Source: Octopus bimaculoides
Taxonomy: Eukaryota
Direction of reading: 5' to 3'
Length of the DNA: 61,908 nucleotides
NCBI RefSeq assembly: GCF_001194135.2
Contig: NC_069000.1
Coordinates: 32,564,383-32,626,290, forward strand
In this document: positions 61,660 through 61,908 of the stretch, piece by piece
Numbering within the stretch: position 1 is the stretch's first letter
Layout of the letters: each line of letters starts with the position of its first letter
Notes under the pieces: generated by a model
What the model was told of the DNA's origin: nothing
Seen by the model: the letters and a program-made list of their open reading frames with translations, nothing else
Database searches by the model: none
Made by a program: the position numbers and the translations under genes

Positions 61660-61908
61660 AGGAGTGGCTATGTGGTAAGTAGCTTGCTTACCAACCACAT
61701 GGTTCCGGGTTCAGTCCCACTGCGAGGCATCTTGGGTAAGTGTCTTCTACTATAGCGTCGAGCCGACCAAAGCCTTGTGAGTGGATTTGGTAGACGGAAA
61801 CTGAAAGAAGCCCGTCGTATATATGTGTGTGTGTGCGTGTTTTTGTGTTTCTGTGTTTGTCCCCCCACCCCCTCAACATCACTTGACAACAGATCTTGGT
61901 GTGTTTAC
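61660..61908 (+). mobile_element. SINE family B, running off the window end
   Basis: ggagtggctatgtggtaagtagcttgcttaccaaccacatggttccgggttcagtcccactgcgaggcatcttgggtaagtgtc.. Confidence 0.9.

Noticed and set aside
1-61908. CRISPR arrays, prokaryotic operons, rRNA genes
   Set aside because: No regularly spaced repeat-spacer structure or rRNA-like sequence; the window is eukaryotic repeat-rich DNA.

Overview
This is AT-rich animal genomic DNA, dense in microsatellites, with 15 N-gaps. The tRNA-headed SINE families resemble octopus SINEs, so an Octopus genome is likely (inference, not verified). I could not identify any host protein-coding gene, real tRNA or rRNA gene, or CRISPR array. Most ORF-track entries are microsatellite, gap or SINE artefacts, and the rest are decayed transposon ORFs. 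The window is a transposon graveyard: three SINE families (here called A, B, C), Tc1, mariner and pogo-type DNA transposons and MITEs, non-LTR retrotransposon relics (Tx1/L1, RTE, CR1-like, R4/Dong-like and HERO-like RLE elements), and Penelope-like (PLE) debris. Three signals stand out. (1) Minimal type-I hammerhead-ribozyme-like folds with non-canonical cores: a 160-bp palindrome carrying one U3-A8 variant on each strand, and two copies of a second repeat with a CUGU(G/U)GAA core. (2) R4/Dong-like RLE retrotransposon pieces sitting in (TAA)n arrays, once as a 3' end followed by a 5' end. (3) Several long unexplained hairpins and inverted repeats. A few orphan candidate exons are listed at low confidence. 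All alignments and folds were done by eye, and family names rest on recalled motifs rather than database searches.
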